NCBI GenBank assembly: GCA_964016885.1
Contig: OZ024742.1
Coordinates: 366,482,001 to 366,546,000, forward strand
Length of the DNA: 64,000 bases
Direction: 5' to 3'
Source of the DNA: Eledone cirrhosa
Taxonomy: Eukaryota
The position numbers and the translations under genes are program-made. A model generated the notes under the pieces. It was not told the origin of the DNA, searched no databases, and saw only the letters and a program-made list of their open reading frames with translations. Shown here in pieces: positions 37,741 to 53,345 of this stretch (within the stretch, counting starts at the first letter, position 1; each line of letters starts with the position of its first letter).

Positions 37741-40700
37741 ACATGTTCATCTTAGACTGGAATGGTATCAATCCAACCACATGTTCACCTTAGACTGGAA
37801 TGGTATCAATCCAACCACATGTTCATCTTAGACTGGAATGGTATCAATCCAACCACATGTTCATCTTAGACTGGAATGGTATCAATCCAACCACATGTTC
37901 ACCTTAGACTGGAATGGTATCAATCCAACCACATGTTCATCTTAGACTGGAATGGTATCAATCCAACCACATGTTCACCTTAGACTGGAATGGTATCAAT
38001 CCAACCACATGTTCACCTTAGACTGGAATGGTTTCAATCCAACTACATGTTCACCTTTGACTGGAATGGTATCAATCCAACCACATATTCACATTAGACT
38101 GGAATGGTATCAATCCAACCACATGTTCACCTTAGACTGGAATGGTATCAATCCAACCACATGTTCACCTTAGACTGGAATTGTATCAATGCAACCACAT
38201 GTTCACCTTAGACTGAAATGGTATCAATCCAACCACATGTTCACCTTAGACTGGAATGCTATCCATCCAACCACATGTTCACCTTAGACTGGAACGGTTT
38301 CAATCCAACCACATGTTCACTTTAGACTGGAATGGTATCAATCCAACCACATGTTCACCTTAGACTGGAATGCTATCCATCCAACCACATGTTCACCTTA
38401 GACTGGAATGGTTTAAATCCAACCACATGTTCAGCTTAGACTGGAATGGTATCAATCCAACCACATGTTCCCCTTAGACTGGAAAGGTTTCAATCCAACC
38501 ACATGTTCACCTTAGCCTGGATTGCTTTCAATCCAACCACATGTTCACCTTAGGTCTGGAATCGTATCAATCCAACCACATGTTCACCTTAGACTGGAAT
38601 GGTATCAATCCAACCAACCACATGTTCACCTTAGACTGGAATGGTTTCAATCCAACCACATGTTAACTTTAGACTGGAATGGTATCAATCCAACCACATG
38701 TTCACCTTAGACTGGAATGGTATCAATCCAACCACATGTTCACCTTAGACTGGAATGGTTTCAATCCAACCACATGTCCACCTTAGACTGGAATTGTATC
38801 AATCCAACCACATGTTCACCTTAGACAGGAATGTTTCCAACCAACCACATATTCAGATTAGGCACGAATGGTATCAATCAAACTACATGTTCACCTTAGA
38901 CTTGAATTCTATCAATCCAACCACATGTTCACCTTAAACTGGAATTGTATCAATCCCACCACATGTTCACCTTAGACTGGAATGGTTTCAATCCAACCAC
39001 ATGTTCACCTTAGACTGGAATGGTTTCAATCCAACCACATGTTCAAGTTAGACTGGAATGGTATCAATCCAACTACACGTTCACCTTAGACTGGAATGGT
39101 ATCAATCCAACCACATGTTCACCTTAGACTGGAATGGTTTCAATCCAACCACATGTTCAACTTAGACTGGAATGGTATCAATCCAACCACATGTTCACCT
39201 TAGACTGGAATGGTTTCAATCCAACCACATGTTCACCTTAGACTGGAATGGTTTCAATCCAACCACATGTTCACCTTAGACTTGAATTGTATCAATCCAA
39301 CCACATGTTCATCTTAGACTAGAATGGTATCAATCCAACCACAAGTTCACCTTAGACTGGAATGGTATCAATCCAACCACATGTTCACTTTAGACTGGAA
39401 TAGTATCAATCCAACCACATGTTCACCTTAGACTGGAATGGTATAAATCCAACCACATGTTCACCTTAGACTGGAACGGTTTCAATCCAACCACATGTTC
39501 ACCTTAGACTGGAATGGTATCAATCCAACCACATGTTCACCTTAGACAGGAATGGTATCAATCCAACCACATGTTAACCTTAGACTGGAATCGTATCAAT
39601 CCAACCACATGTTCAACTTATCCTGGAATGGTATCAATCCAACCACATGTTAACCTTAGATTGGAATGGTATCAATCCAACCACATGTTCATCTTAGACT
39701 GGAATGGTTTAAATCCAACCACATGTTCAGCTTAGACGGGAATGGTATCAATCCAACCACATGTTAACCTTAGACTGGAATGGTATCAATCCAAACACAT
39801 GTTAACCTTAGACTCGAATGGTATGAATCCAACCACTTGTTCACCTTAGACCGGAATGGTTTCAATCCAACCACATGTTAACCTTAGACTGGAATGGTAT
39901 CAATCCAACCACATCTTAACCTTAGACTAGAATGGTATCAATCCAACCACTTGTTCACCTTAGACTGGAATGGTATCAATCCAAACACATGTTAACCTTA
40001 GACTCGAATGGTATGAATCCAACCACTTGTTCACCTTAGACCGGAATGGTTTCAATCCAACCACATGTTCACCTTAGACTGGAATGGTATCAATCCAACC
40101 ACTTGTTCACCTTAGACCGGAATGGTTTCAATCCAACCACTTGTTCACCTTAGACTGGAATGGTATCAATCCAACCACGTGTTCACTTTATACTGGAATG
40201 GTATAAATCCAACCACATGTTACCCTTAGACTGGAATGGTATCAATCCAACCACATGTTCACCTTAGACTGGAATGGTATCAATCCCATCGTATGTTACC
40301 CTTAGACTGGAATGGTATCAATCCAACCACATGTTCACCTTAGACTGGAATGGTATCAATCCAAACACATATTACCCTTAGACTGGAATTGTATCAATCC
40401 AACTACATGCGCACTTGAGAGTGGACTGGTATCAATCCAACCACATGTTCACCTTAGACTGGAATGGTTTCAATCCAACCACATGTTAACCTTAGACTGA
40501 AATGGTAACCATCCAACCACATGTTCAACTTAGCCTGGAATGGTATCAATCCAAACACATGTTAACCTTAGACTCGAATGGTATGAATCCAACCACATCT
40601 TAACTTTAGACTGGAATGGTATGAATCCAACCACATGTTCACCTTAGACTGGAATAGTATAAATCCAACCACATGCGCACCTTAGACTGGAATGTCATCT

Positions 40701-43700
40701 ATCAATCCAACCATATGTTACTCTTAGACTGGAATGGTATCAATCCATACCACTTGTTCACCTTAGACTGGAATGGTATCAATCCAACCATATGTTACCC
40801 TTAGACTGGAATGTTCACCTTAGACAGGAATGTTTCCAACCAACCACATATTCAAATTAGGCACGAATGGTATCAATCAAACTACATGTTCACCTTAGAC
40901 TTGAATTCTATCAATCCAACCACATGTTCACCTTAAACTGGAATTGTATCAATCCCACCACATGTTCACCTTAGACTGGAATGGTTTCAATCCAACCACA
41001 TGTTCAAGTTAGACTGGAATGGTATCAATCCAACTACACGTTCACCTTAGACTGGAATGGTATCAATCCAACCACATGTTCACCTTAGACTGGAATGGTT
41101 TCAATCCAACCACATGTTCAACTTAGACTGGAATGGTATCAATCCAACCACATGTTCACCTTAGACTGGAATGGTTTCAATCCAACCACATGTTCACCTT
41201 AGACTTGAATTGTATCAATCCAACCACATGTTCATCTTAGACTAGAATGGTATCAATCCAACCACGAGTTCACCTTAGACTGGAATGGTATCAATCCAAC
41301 CACATGTTCACTTTAGACTGGAATAGTATCAATCCAACCACATGTTCACCTTAGACTGGAATGGTATAAATCCAACCACATGTTCACCTTAGACTGGAAC
41401 GGTTTCAATCCAACCACATGTTCACCTTAGACTGGAATGGTATCAATCCAACCACATGTTCACCTTAGATTGGAATGGTATCAATCCAACCACATGTTAA
41501 CCTTAGACTGGAATCGTATCAATCCAACCACATGTTCAACTTATCCTGGAATGGTATCAATCCAACCACATGTTAACCTTAGACTCGAATGGTATGAATC
41601 CAACCACATCTTAACCTTAGACTAGAATGGTATCAATCCAACCACTTGTTCACCTTAGACCGGAATGGTTTCAATCCAACCACTTGTTCACCTTAGACTG
41701 GAATGGTATCAATCCAACCACGTGTTCACTTTATACTGGAATGGTATAAATCCAACCACATGTTACCCTTAGACTGGAATGGTATCAATCCAACCACATG
41801 TTCACCTTAGACTGGAATGGTATCAATCCCATCGTATGTTACCCTTAGACTGGAATGGTATCAATCCAACCACATATTACCCTTAGACTGGAATTGTATC
41901 AATCCAACTACATGCGCACTTGAGAGTGGACTGGTATCAATCCAACCACATGTTCACCTTAGACTGGAATGGTTTCAATCCAACCACATGTTAACCTTAG
42001 ACTGAAATGGTAACCATCCAACCACATGTTCAACTTAGCCTGGAATGGTATCAATCCAAACCCATGTTAACCTTAGACTCGAATGGTATGAATCCAACCA
42101 CATCTTAACCTTAGACTGGAATGGTATGAAGCCAACCACATGTTCACCTTTGACTGGAATAGTATAAATCCAACCACATGTTCACCTTAGACTGGAATGT
42201 CATCTATCAATCCAACCATATGTTACTCTTAGACTGGAATGGTATCAATCCATACCACTTGTTCACCTTAGACTGGAATGGTATCAATCCAACCATATGT
42301 TACCCTTAGACTGGAATGGTATCAATCCAACCACATGTTAACCTTAGACTGGCATGGTATCAATCCAACCACATGTTACCCTTAGACTGGAATGGTATCA
42401 ATCCAACCACATGCGCACCTGAGACTGGACTGGTATCAATCCAACCGCATGTTCACCTTAGACTGGAATGGTTTCAATCTAACCACATGTTCACCTTAGC
42501 CTGGAATGGTAACCATCCAACCACATGTTCAACTTAGCCTTGAATGGTATCAATCGAAACACATGTTAACCTTAGACTCGAATGGTATGAATCCAACCAC
42601 ATCTTAACATTAGACTGGAATGGTATGAATCCAACCACATGTTCACCTTAGACTGGAATGGTATAAATCCCACCACATGTTCATCTTAGACTGGAATGTT
42701 ATCTATCAATCCAACCACATGTTCAACTTTGACTGGAATGGTATCAATCCAACCACATGTTCAACTTAGACTGGAATGGGTTCAATCCAACCACATGTTC
42801 ACCTTAGCTCAGGAATGGTATCAATCCAACCACATGTTCACCTTAGACTGGAAGGGTATCATTCCGACCAACCACATATTCACCTTAGACTGGAATGGTA
42901 TCAATCCAACCACATGTTCACCTTAGTCAGGAATTGTATCAATCAAACCACATGTTCACCTTAGACATGAATTATATCAATCCAACCACATGTTCACCTT
43001 ATACTGGAATGGTTTCAATGCAACCATATGTTCACCTTAGACTGGAATGGTATCCATCCAACCACATGTTCAACTTAGACTGGAATGGTATCAATCCAAC
43101 CACATGTTCACTTTAGACTGGAATGGTATCAATCCAAACACATGTTAACCTTAGACTGGAATGGTATCAATCCAACCACTTGTTCACCTTAGACTGGAAT
43201 GGTATCAATCCAACTACGTGTTACCCTTAGACTGGAATGGTATCAATCCAAACACATGCTCACCTGAGACTGGAATAGTATCAATCCAACCACATGTTCA
43301 CCTTAGACTGGAATGGTTTCAATCCAACCACATGTTCACCTTAGACTGGAATGGTATCCATCCAACCACATGTTCAACTTAGCCTGGAATGGTATCAGTT
43401 CAACCACATGTTAACCTTAGATTGGAATGGTATCAATCCAACCACATGTTCACCTTAGACTGGAATGGTTTAAATCCAACCACATGTTACCCTTAGACTG
43501 GAATGGTATCAATCCAACCACATGTTCACCTTAGACTGGAATGGTATCAATCCAAACACATGTTAACCTTAGACTCGAATGATATGAATCCAAACACATC
43601 TTAACCTTAGACTGGAATGGTATCAATCCAACCAAATGTTCACCTTAGACTGGAATGGTATAAATCCAACCACATGTTCACCTTAGACTGGAATGTTATC

Positions 43701-46089
43701 TATCAATCCAACCACATGTTCACCTTAGGCTGGAATGGTATCAATCCAACCACATGTTCACCTTAGACTGGAATGGTATCAATCCAAACACATGTTAACC
43801 TTAGACTCGAATGATATGAATCCAACCACATCTTAACCTTAGACTGGAATGGTATGAAGCCAACCACATGTTCACCTTTGACTGGAATAGTATAAATCCA
43901 ACCACATGTTCACCTTAGACTGGAATGTCATCTATCAATCCAACCATATGTTACTCTTAGACTGGAATGGTATCAATCCATACCACTTGTTCACCTTAGA
44001 CTGGAATGGTATCAATCCAACCATATGTTACCCTTAGACTGGAATGGTATCAATCCAACCACATGTTAACCTTAGACTGGCATGGTATCAATCCAACCAC
44101 ATGTTACCCTTAGACTGGAATGGTATCAATCCAACCACATGCGCACCTGAGACTGGACTGGTATCAATCCAACCGCATGTTCACCTTAGACTGGAATGGT
44201 TTCAATCTAACCACATGTTCACCTTAGCCTGGAATGGTAACCATCCAACCACATGTTCAACTTAGCCTTGAATGGTATCAATCGAAACACATGTTAACCT
44301 TAGACTCGAATGGTATGAATCCAACCACATCTTAACATTAGACTGGAATGGTATGAATCCAACCACATGTTCACCTTAGACTGGAATGGTATAAATCCCA
44401 CCACATGTTCATCTTAGACTGGAATGTTATCTATCAATCCAACCACATGTTCAACTTTGACTGGAATGGTATCAATCCAACCACATGTTCAACTTAGACT
44501 GGAATGGGTTCAATCCAACCACATGTTCACCTTAGCTCAGGAATGGTATCAATCCAACCACATGTTCACCTTAGACTGGAAGGGTATCATTCCGACCAAC
44601 CACATATTCACCTTAGACTGGAATGGTATCAATCCAACCACATGTTCACCTTAGTCAGGAATTGTATCAATCAAACCACATGTTCACCTTAGACATGAAT
44701 TATATCAATCCAACCACATGTTCACCTTATACTGGAATGGTTTCAATGCAACCATATGTTCACCTTAGACTGGAATGGTATCCATCCAACCACATGTTCA
44801 ACTTAGACTGGAATGGTATCAATCCAACCACATGTTCACTTTAGACTGGAATGGTATCAATCCAAACACATGTTAACCTTAGACTGGAATGGTATCAATC
44901 CAACCACTTGTTCACCTTAGACTGGAATGGTATCAATCCAACTACGTGTTACCCTTAGACTGGAATGGTATCAATCCAAACACATGCTCACCTGAGACTG
45001 GAATAGTATCAATCCAACCACATGTTCACCTTAGACTGGAATGGTTTCAATCCAACCACATGTTCACCTTAGACTGGAATGGTATCCATCCAACCACATG
45101 TTCAACTTAGCCTGGAATGGTATCAGTTCAACCACATGTTAACCTTAGATTGGAATGGTATCAATCCAACCACATGTTCACCTTAGACTGGAATGGTTTA
45201 AATCCAACCACATGTTACCCTTAGACTGGAATGGTATCAATCCAACCACATGTTCACCTTAGACTGGAATGGTATCAATCCAAACACATGTTAACCTTAG
45301 ACTCGAATGATATGAATCCAAACACATCTTAACCTTAGACTGGAATGGTATCAATCCAACCAAATGTTCACCTTAGACTGGAATGGTATAAATCCAACCA
45401 CATGTTCACCTTAGACTGGAATGTTATCTATCAATCCAACCACATGTTCACCTTAGGCTGGAATGGTATCAATCCAACCACATGTTCACCTTAGACTGGA
45501 ATGGTATCAATCCAACCACATGTTAACCTTAGACTGGAATCGTATAAATCCAACCACATGTTCAACTTAGCCTGGAATGGTATCAATCCAACCACATGTT
45601 AACCTTAGATTGGAATGGTATCAATCCAACCACATTTTCACTTTAGACTGGAATGGTATAAATCCAACCACATGTTACCCTTAGACTGGAATTGTATCAA
45701 TCCCACCACATGTTAACCTTAGTCTAGAATGGTATCAATCAAACCATATGTTACCCTTAGACTGGAATGGTATCAATCCATCCACATGTTCACCATAGAC
45801 TGGAATGGTATCAATCCAACGACATGTTACCCTTCGACTGGAATGGTATCAATCCAACCACATGCGCACCTGAGACTGGACTGGTATCAATCCAACCACA
45901 TGTTCACCTTAGACTGGACTGTTATCTATCAATCCAACCACATGTTCACCTTAGACTGGAATGGTATCAATCCAACAACATGTTCACCTTAGACTGGAAT
46001 GGTATCAATCCAACCACATGTTCACCTTAGACTGGAATGGTATCAGTCCAATCACATGTTCACCTTAGACTGAAATGGTATCAATCCAA
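37741..46089. repeat. 38-bp minisatellite/satellite, ~220 copies (8.3 kb) with higher-order duplications
   Basis: Unit ACATGTTCACCTTAGACTGGAATGGTATCAATCCAACC; identical variant ORF sets recur with a 1728-bp offset. Confidence 0.98.
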
Positions 46090-46689
46090 TTACAGAAATA
46101 CGGAATATATTTCCATTAAACTCTTGTTTCAAGATTGCATCCTGGATCAACATGTCTGTACAGAAATTAAATTGTTTCCTAAAATCGACTGTTCCTGAAG
46201 CTAATGGACTAATCCAAGAAGAAACTGATATGTTAGACATTATAAAAGAAAGTCATTTTTTTCCATTGCGTCTTCTCTTTTCATTTTTCCTCCTACGCCA
46301 GTTCTCAACTGAATTTTTTTGCAGACCCCCCCCCCCCCCTTCCTCTCCTCCAAGACTGGACCTCGGGAAATATTGTTTCCATTGCATTCAGTCACTTTTA
46401 GTTTAGGCTACAAATATAGACCTCAGTATTACAGCTTATCTTGAATTACACATCCTTTGTTTGCCTCGTGAAACAACAGCAATTATCTCACAAACATTGA
46501 AATATGAATGGCTTCTACATCAATCACAACAAATTCACCTCCGAACAGTCCTTCACATAATTTTTTTGCAACTGGATACCTGTCTACCCGACTCCTAGCA
46601 GAACGAATCTGGCAATTCACGTGAGCTCCACAAATTTGTTGTATGACGAATTTGTAAACGGTGTTTGGTGTAAGGTGTACTTGGAGCAA

Positions 46690-47010
46690 CTTTACTAGAT
46701 AAAGTGTGTAGCTCGGAGATCAGAGAGTCACTCCTAGTAGAGCTGTTTCTTCTCCCAATTGAGAATTCATATCGCCGATACTATGGGCATGTGGTTGTCT
46801 CAGGACAGAATCACTCAACTGATTTTGCGGGCAAAACCAACTGTCAAGAGACTGAGAGGTAGACCACGAGCAAGATGATTGAACAACTCGGTGGATCTCG
46901 GGAATCCGGCCGGATCAGTTGGAAACGGTTGCTTGTGACAGAACCCAGTGGAAGGAGTGTTTGAGGACTCTTCCCCCATGACCCTCTCAGGAATAATTAG
47001 GCGAAGATAA
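46690..47010 (+). mobile_element. RTE-clade LINE 3' fragment
   Basis: DKVCSSEIRESL.VE......IE....RYYGHV...ILRAKPT...RGRPR; same family as 13310-13550. Confidence 0.75.
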
Positions 47011-47624
47011 GAGTTTATAAAGGTTTGAGAAATAAATATCCACATTCAATGCTTCTCAGTATTCATTCCGGTTCGCTGCACTCAAATCTGGGTTCAAATC
47101 CCACCGAGTTCAAAGTTGCCTTTACGCGGTTGAAAAACAAAGAGATGAAAATCAGTAATAGGGGTTCGATTCTTCCTGTATATCTCATCCTCCTTTCATC
47201 TCTATAAATCTCTCTCCTCTCATAGAAATCCACTGTATTCAGATCTGGAGTGCTATAGGCTCCACCAAGTTTAAAATACCCAAGACTTATGCCACTACGG
47301 CGTCTCTGTGATTCCATCAGCTGTTACGTGTCACACTTTTAATGTCCATGTGTAAATTTATTGCTGTCAATAATGTTGCTATTTTAAAAACTTATGTATA
47401 ACTAACTTAAATCTACTCTGAATATCTGTTGTACTAAATATATAAACTGTTGCTTCAACAGTTATGTTTCCAATAACACACGAATTGTGCTGGATGTTGG
47501 TTGAATCATTAACCTTTTCCTCTTGTTGTTCCATGTTTGTTGTTATTTTTATGTCCCAGTAGGTCAGTTGATTGCCAGTAATCGATAGAGCGTCAGACAA
47601 CATGCTTTGCGACATAATTTATGG

Positions 47625-47756
47625 CTCTTTATGTTCTAAGTTCAAATGCCGCCGTGGTTAGCTTTGCCTGTCATCCTTATGGGGTCGATAAAAATAAAGT
47701 ACCAGTAATGCGCTGGGGTAATTGCTAGCCTTGTGCCAAAAGTAGAAACCATTATT
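47625..47756 (+). mobile_element. SINE (core family), 3' part
   Basis: AGTTCAAATGCC, GCCTGTCATCCTTATGGGGTCGAT, AAAGTACCAG, GTGCCAAAAGTAGAAAC. Confidence 0.75.
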
Positions 47757-47799
47757 GTTCTTCTCTGTGGAGTTAATTAGATGATCTATGTTTGTACAG

Positions 47800-47853
47800 G
47801 TAGGTCTTCAAATGACCGACACACTCATCGTAACGGCACAGATAATTTCGAAG
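47800..47853 (+). other. Candidate 54-bp cassette exon, copy 1 (paralogue at 59289-59342)
   Basis: TTTGTACAG acceptor and weak AG|GTGTAC donor; phase 1-1 reading RSSNDRHTHRNGTDNFE. Confidence 0.25.
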
Positions 47854-48031
47854 GTGTACTTATACAGCTTACGGTTTGTACATTTTTAAACAAATTACAC
47901 GATTATCAATTTTACACAAATTACACAATTATCCTTCGATTGTGAAAGTGTGTAGATATTAGGCACAATACAAATATATTATCTTTTAACAAGCGACTTA
48001 ATCTATTGCTTGTATAATTGCATGATATATG

Positions 48032-48066
<35 letters not shown>

Positions 48067-48068
48067 GT

Positions 48069-48187
48069 GAAGGCGTGTGGCTGAGTGGTTAGAGAATTGG
48101 ATTCGGAATCGTAAGGTCGTGAGTTCAATTCCTGGACCGGGCGATGCGATCTGTCATTGAGCAAGACACTTTATTTCACGTTGCTCC
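48069..48187 (+). mobile_element. tRNA-derived SINE head
   Basis: A box TGGCTGAGTGG, B box GAGTTCAATTCC. Confidence 0.75.
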
Positions 48188-48838
48188 TTCTACCTGGAGT
48201 TGCGACCGATAGATAGTATTAGCAATTGGAAAGACCAACGGAAACACTGTTTCGTCGGTCCGATTTGACGAAAGTCGATCGTAAAAAAAAAAAAAAAATA
48301 TATATATAGTTAAAAGAATAGAGGTGTAACACACAAGTTATTATATATTGGTAAACGGAATAGAAAATGCTGACAAATTGTTCACAGTTGAAAAATGGTT
48401 TAATTAGGAATAAAAGAGTATTAGTGATTGTATGGGTTAGTATTCAGTTGTGGTTTTAAGTTTTTAAGTTTTTACCGGTTGCGCATTTCTAAATGCTTTT
48501 CAAAAATAATTTTGAGATAGAGTGTCCGTGTTGTTTGCTCTGATCTGATTAGTTTTGGGAATTCTACCTGTTTTTATGTTAAAAAAGTGGCTCCAGCGTT
48601 ACTTGGTGTTTGCAAAAATTCTTGTGGTCAAAACAGTTTTGATTGGTCGGTAGAGGTCATGTGAATGTAAAAAATTGATTTTGCGCCTAGACTGTTTTTA
48701 TGTTAAAAAAGTGGCTCCAGCGCTACTTGGTGTTTGCAAAAATTCTTGTGGTCAAAACAATTTTGATTGGTCGGTAGAGGTCATGTGAATAAAAAATTGG
48801 TTTTGCGCCAAGATTGAGAACTGACTCTTTCACAACAA

Positions 48839-48906
<68 letters not shown>

Positions 48907-49353
48907 GTAGTAAGGCGTTCGATGTTGTGATAATGGTTAGCAGGGATGTGTGTCAAATGGCTATTAAGATAAGTGTGTGTGTGTGTGTATGTGTGTGTGT
49001 GTGTGTATATAGCAGAGTAATTCGTGGTAGCAGGGATGGTCAGTAAGAATGTGTCTGAAAGCAATGGGGGGTATTTTAGCATGTCAAAAGATATTTTTCA
49101 GCTTTTGTCTTATACGGAGAAGTGCGTGTGTGTGTGCGTGTGTGTATAAGTCTCTTTGTATGTTAATGTATACGTGTGTATGTGTGTGTGTATATATGTG
49201 TGGGGGGGGGGACCAGTATTTTTTCCCCCTGGTAAAATGGTGTACATTATAAGATTTTTTCAGTAAAATCGGCTCTCTTAATAGAACATCAAAAATCTTA
49301 ACAATAAAAGGTGTGAAATGATATTCACTATATATATATACACATACATATAT

Positions 49354-49464
<111 letters not shown>

Positions 49465-49602
49465 ACATATATATATACACACATATATTTTTTGTGTTGC
49501 ACCATAGAGCATGTGTTTATGTATGTCATTGTGTTTATATGTGGGTAGAGATGTGTGCTGATGTAGGTATGTATGTTGACGTGTGTATGTTGTGGGTTCG
49601 TC

Positions 49603-49996
49603 TTAGGGAGAAGTGTTTAGACGGGGTTCGTATTTGTTAATGAAGTAAGATTCCTTGCTGATGTGCTGGGTGTGGGTGGCATTATCTTTAAATTTGTAGA
49701 GGGGAAAGATTCTGAAGTTGGGATGATTTGGGGCGGCACAGGTATCAATGTGTTCACTCAGTGGTATTTTCCTGTATTCCCGTATTTTAATTTGGGATCT
49801 ATGGTCAGTCATGCGTTGGCGGAGGCTGTTTTTGGTCTGGCCTATGTATTGTTCTCGACAACCTGAGCAAGTTAATACATATATTAGATTTTCCGATGCA
49901 CATGTGAAATTGTGTTTTACTATAAAACGTTGTCCATCTTTGAAATAGAATTCCGAACCCTCTATTAGGTTGATGCAAATGCCACAGTTGGGTCTA
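49603..49996 (-). pseudogene. Inverted copy of the PLE GIY-YIG endonuclease domain
   Basis: Near-identical reverse complement of 51453-51846 (..[37 protein letters not shown]). Confidence 0.9.
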
Positions 49997-51846
49997 ATGG
50001 AGACAGAATTCTATATCAACTTAGCGCTCTCCACTTTGGAAAACGAAACATACTACGAAAAGGCTGAACACTACAATCAACAGAAAATTATGAGAAACCT
50101 AAAAACTCTAATCAACCAATACAAAGAAGGACTCACTAACAAGGTATTCAGCTTCATCACAGACTTCACAAGTAAATCCAGCATTTTCTACGGTATCCCT
50201 AAAGTACATAAAAGCGAATCAATAAGTAAGGCATGCAAGGAAGCCACAGACATAGTCATCAATGTCCCCTCACCCAATGATCTCAAATTAAGACCTATAA
50301 TAGCAGGCCCCGCTTGCGAAACGCACCGTCTTAGCAACTTCATTGATACCCTTCTCAAACCCCTCCTCAAGCACATCAAAAGCTATATAAGGGACGACCT
50401 AGATATGCTCAATCACCTCCCTAATATGCCACTTTCTGAACAAACCCTACTAGTGACGTTCGATGTAGTCAACCTATACTCCAACATCCCCACAACCTAG
50501 GAATAGAAGCTATCCAATTCTGGCTGGATAATTTCCACAATGAACTCCCACAACGCATCAAAAAAGAATTCGTGATAGAGGGACTCAAATTTATCTTGGA
50601 GAACAATTACTTCGTTTTCAATAACAAACCCTACAGGCAGAAATCTGGGACCGCTATGGGAACGAAAACAGCCCCCACTTATGCCAACCTAGTCATGGGA
50701 TACCTGGAAATCACCCTCTACACTAAAGTACTAAACAAATTTGGAAACTCTCTCCACTTACACATAGAAAGGAACTGGAAGCGATATCTAGATGACTGCT
50801 TCATCCTTTGGCACGAAAACATCGAGAAACTTAAAGAATTTCACACCCTTATAAATGGGCTCAACACGAATATTACCTTCACAATGGGATACAGCCATCA
50901 ACAACTCCCCTTCCTCGACATTCTCATTAAGATCCATAACAAAAAAATAGAAACAGACATATACTACAAGCCCACAGACTCCAAGCAATATCTCCCCTTC
51001 AACTCTTGCCACCCTAGACACGTTAAAATTAATATTCCCTACAACTTAGCCAAGAGAATCTGTACTATAGTCTCCAATAAAAACATCTGCTACTTACGGC
51101 TACAAGAACTAAAGGACACACTCATAGGCAGGGACTACCCTGCATCACTAATTGACAATGGAATCCAACGTGCCCTAAAACTCAGTACCCAGGACCTTAG
51201 ACACCCTAAAGTAAATCAACCGAAACTAAAAGCTCTTCCATACATCTCCACACACAACCCCCTCAACAATGAGGCCTTTGACACCATCCTCCAGAACATC
51301 CCTGTGTTGAAAAAGGACCATAGAATGAACCAAATTCTACGAACACACGATATCATAAAGAGCAAAAGACAATCCAAGTCAATGAAAAACATCCTAACAC
51401 ATGCCAAAGTACTGCCAACCACAACAACGAAACCCACAGTAAAAAAATGCGATAGACCCAACTGTGGCATTTGCATCAACCTAATAGAGGGTTCGGAATT
51501 CTATTTCAAAGAAGGACAACGTTATATAGTAAAACACAATTTCACATGTGCATCGGAAAATCTAATATATGTATTAACTTGCTTAGGTTGTCGAGAACAA
51601 TACATAGGCCAGACCAAAAACAGCCTCCGCCAACGCATGACTGTCCATAGATCCCAAATTAAAATACGGGAATACAGGAAAATACCACTGAGTGAACACA
51701 TTGATACCTGTGCCGCCCAAAATCATCCCAACTTCAGAATCTTTCCCCTCTACAAATTTAAAGATAATGCCACCCACACCCAGCGCATCAGCAAGGAATC
51801 TTACTTCATTAACAAATACGGACCCCATCTAAACACTTCTCCCTAA
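49997..51846 (+). pseudogene. Penelope-like reverse transcriptase + GIY-YIG endonuclease ORF (5'-truncated, one 1-bp frameshift at ~50490)
   Basis: RT motifs FYGIPKVHK, LRPII, TFDVVNLYSNIP, YRQKSGTAMG..AP, RYLDD, LPFLD, YYKPT, SCHP; Cys-rich linker CDRPNCGIC; NLIY..TC..C..QYIGQT..LRQR..HR. Adding one C in the CCCC run joins ORFs 49970-50500 and 50572-51846 (IPHNLGIEAI). Confidence 0.93.
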
Positions 51847-51974
51847 GACGAACCCACAACATACACACGTCAACATACATACCTACATCAGCACACATCT
51901 CTACCCACATATAAACACAATGACATACGTAAACACACATGCTCAATGGGGCAACAAAAAAAAATATATGTGTG

Positions 51975-52022
<48 letters not shown>

Positions 52023-52473
52023 ATATATGTATGTGTATATATATATATAGTGAATATCATTTCACACCTTTTATTGTTAAGATTTTTGATGTTCTATTAA
52101 GAGAACCGATTTTACTGAAAAAATCGAATAATGTACACCATTTTACCAGGGGGAAAAATACTGGTCCACCCACACACACACACATATACACACACACATA
52201 CACACGCGTACATTAACATACAAAGAGACTTATACACACACACACACACACACGCACTTCTCCGTATAAGACAAAAGCTGAAAAATATCTTTTGACATGC
52301 TAAAATACCCCCATTGCTTTCATACACATTCTTACTGACCATCCCTGCTACCACGAATTACTCTGCTATACACACACACACACACATACACATACACATA
52401 CACACACACTTATCTTAATAGTCATTTGACACACATCCTGCTAACCATTATCACAACATCGAACACCTTACTA

Positions 52474-52516
<43 letters not shown>

Positions 52517-53247
52517 ACACACACACACACGCACACACATTTTTTGTGAAAGAGTCATTTCTCAATCTTGGCGCAAAAGTGACTCCAGCGTTACTTTGGT
52601 GTTGCAAAAATTCTTGTGGTCAAAACAATTTTGATTGGTCGGTAGAGGTCATGTGAATGTAAAAAATTGGTTTTGCGCCAAGATTGAGAAATATATATAT
52701 ATATATATGTCATATATATATATATATATATCATATATATATATATATTTAAATATATAAATATAAATTAGCGAAAATCGTATTTCGGCTTAGGAATTAA
52801 CGAAAAACAACTTCCGAGTGTGGCAAGCGCTCAATGATTCAGATGAACCAGAGCTACAACATAGGTTAAAGGCCAAACACACTGAGACGATGGTTAAACA
52901 ATCATCCGCACAGCCATAAAAACGACCAAGTAATTTGGGTCAAACAAATCAAAATATATGTGATTAAAAATATTTTACCCGGACCCCTGGATGGTTGGTA
53001 AAATCCAGCATTTGGGTTTCTGCGACTCCTAAATCAAGTACTGTCCGCTTGCACAAATAATGTTAGGCTTCTGGTAAGATGATTGAACAAGGAAGCCACT
53101 TTTTCAACAGGTTTTAGTTCCAGTGCTAATTTAAGGAATGACCGTTACCGACCCCACGTGAATTCAGTATGTGTATATTATTGCAAGAATGCAAAACATC
53201 ACAAAACGAATTAAGCTCTCAACAGAATGGTTATAAGTTAACATAAG

Positions 53248-53285
<38 letters not shown>

Positions 53286-53309
53286 TCACACACACATATA
53301 TATATATAC

Positions 53310-53345
<36 letters not shown>

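Noticed and set aside
37741-46089. CRISPR-like 38-bp repeats and the many 60-87-aa ORFs
   Set aside because: Head-to-tail satellite without spacers; 38 is not a multiple of 3, so the ORFs cycle through frames and stop regularly.
46052-46240. Minus-strand coding exon beside the 38-bp array
   Set aside because: No recognisable domain, weak splice sites, and the ORF runs into the satellite.
48069-48150. tRNA genes at the A/B-box sites (also 8765, 19262, 5880)
   Set aside because: No cloverleaf acceptor stem; each continues into a shared SINE body.
52080-52580. Hammerhead in the Neptune-like PLE 3' region
   Set aside because: No intact CUGANGA/GAAA core was found in either arm.
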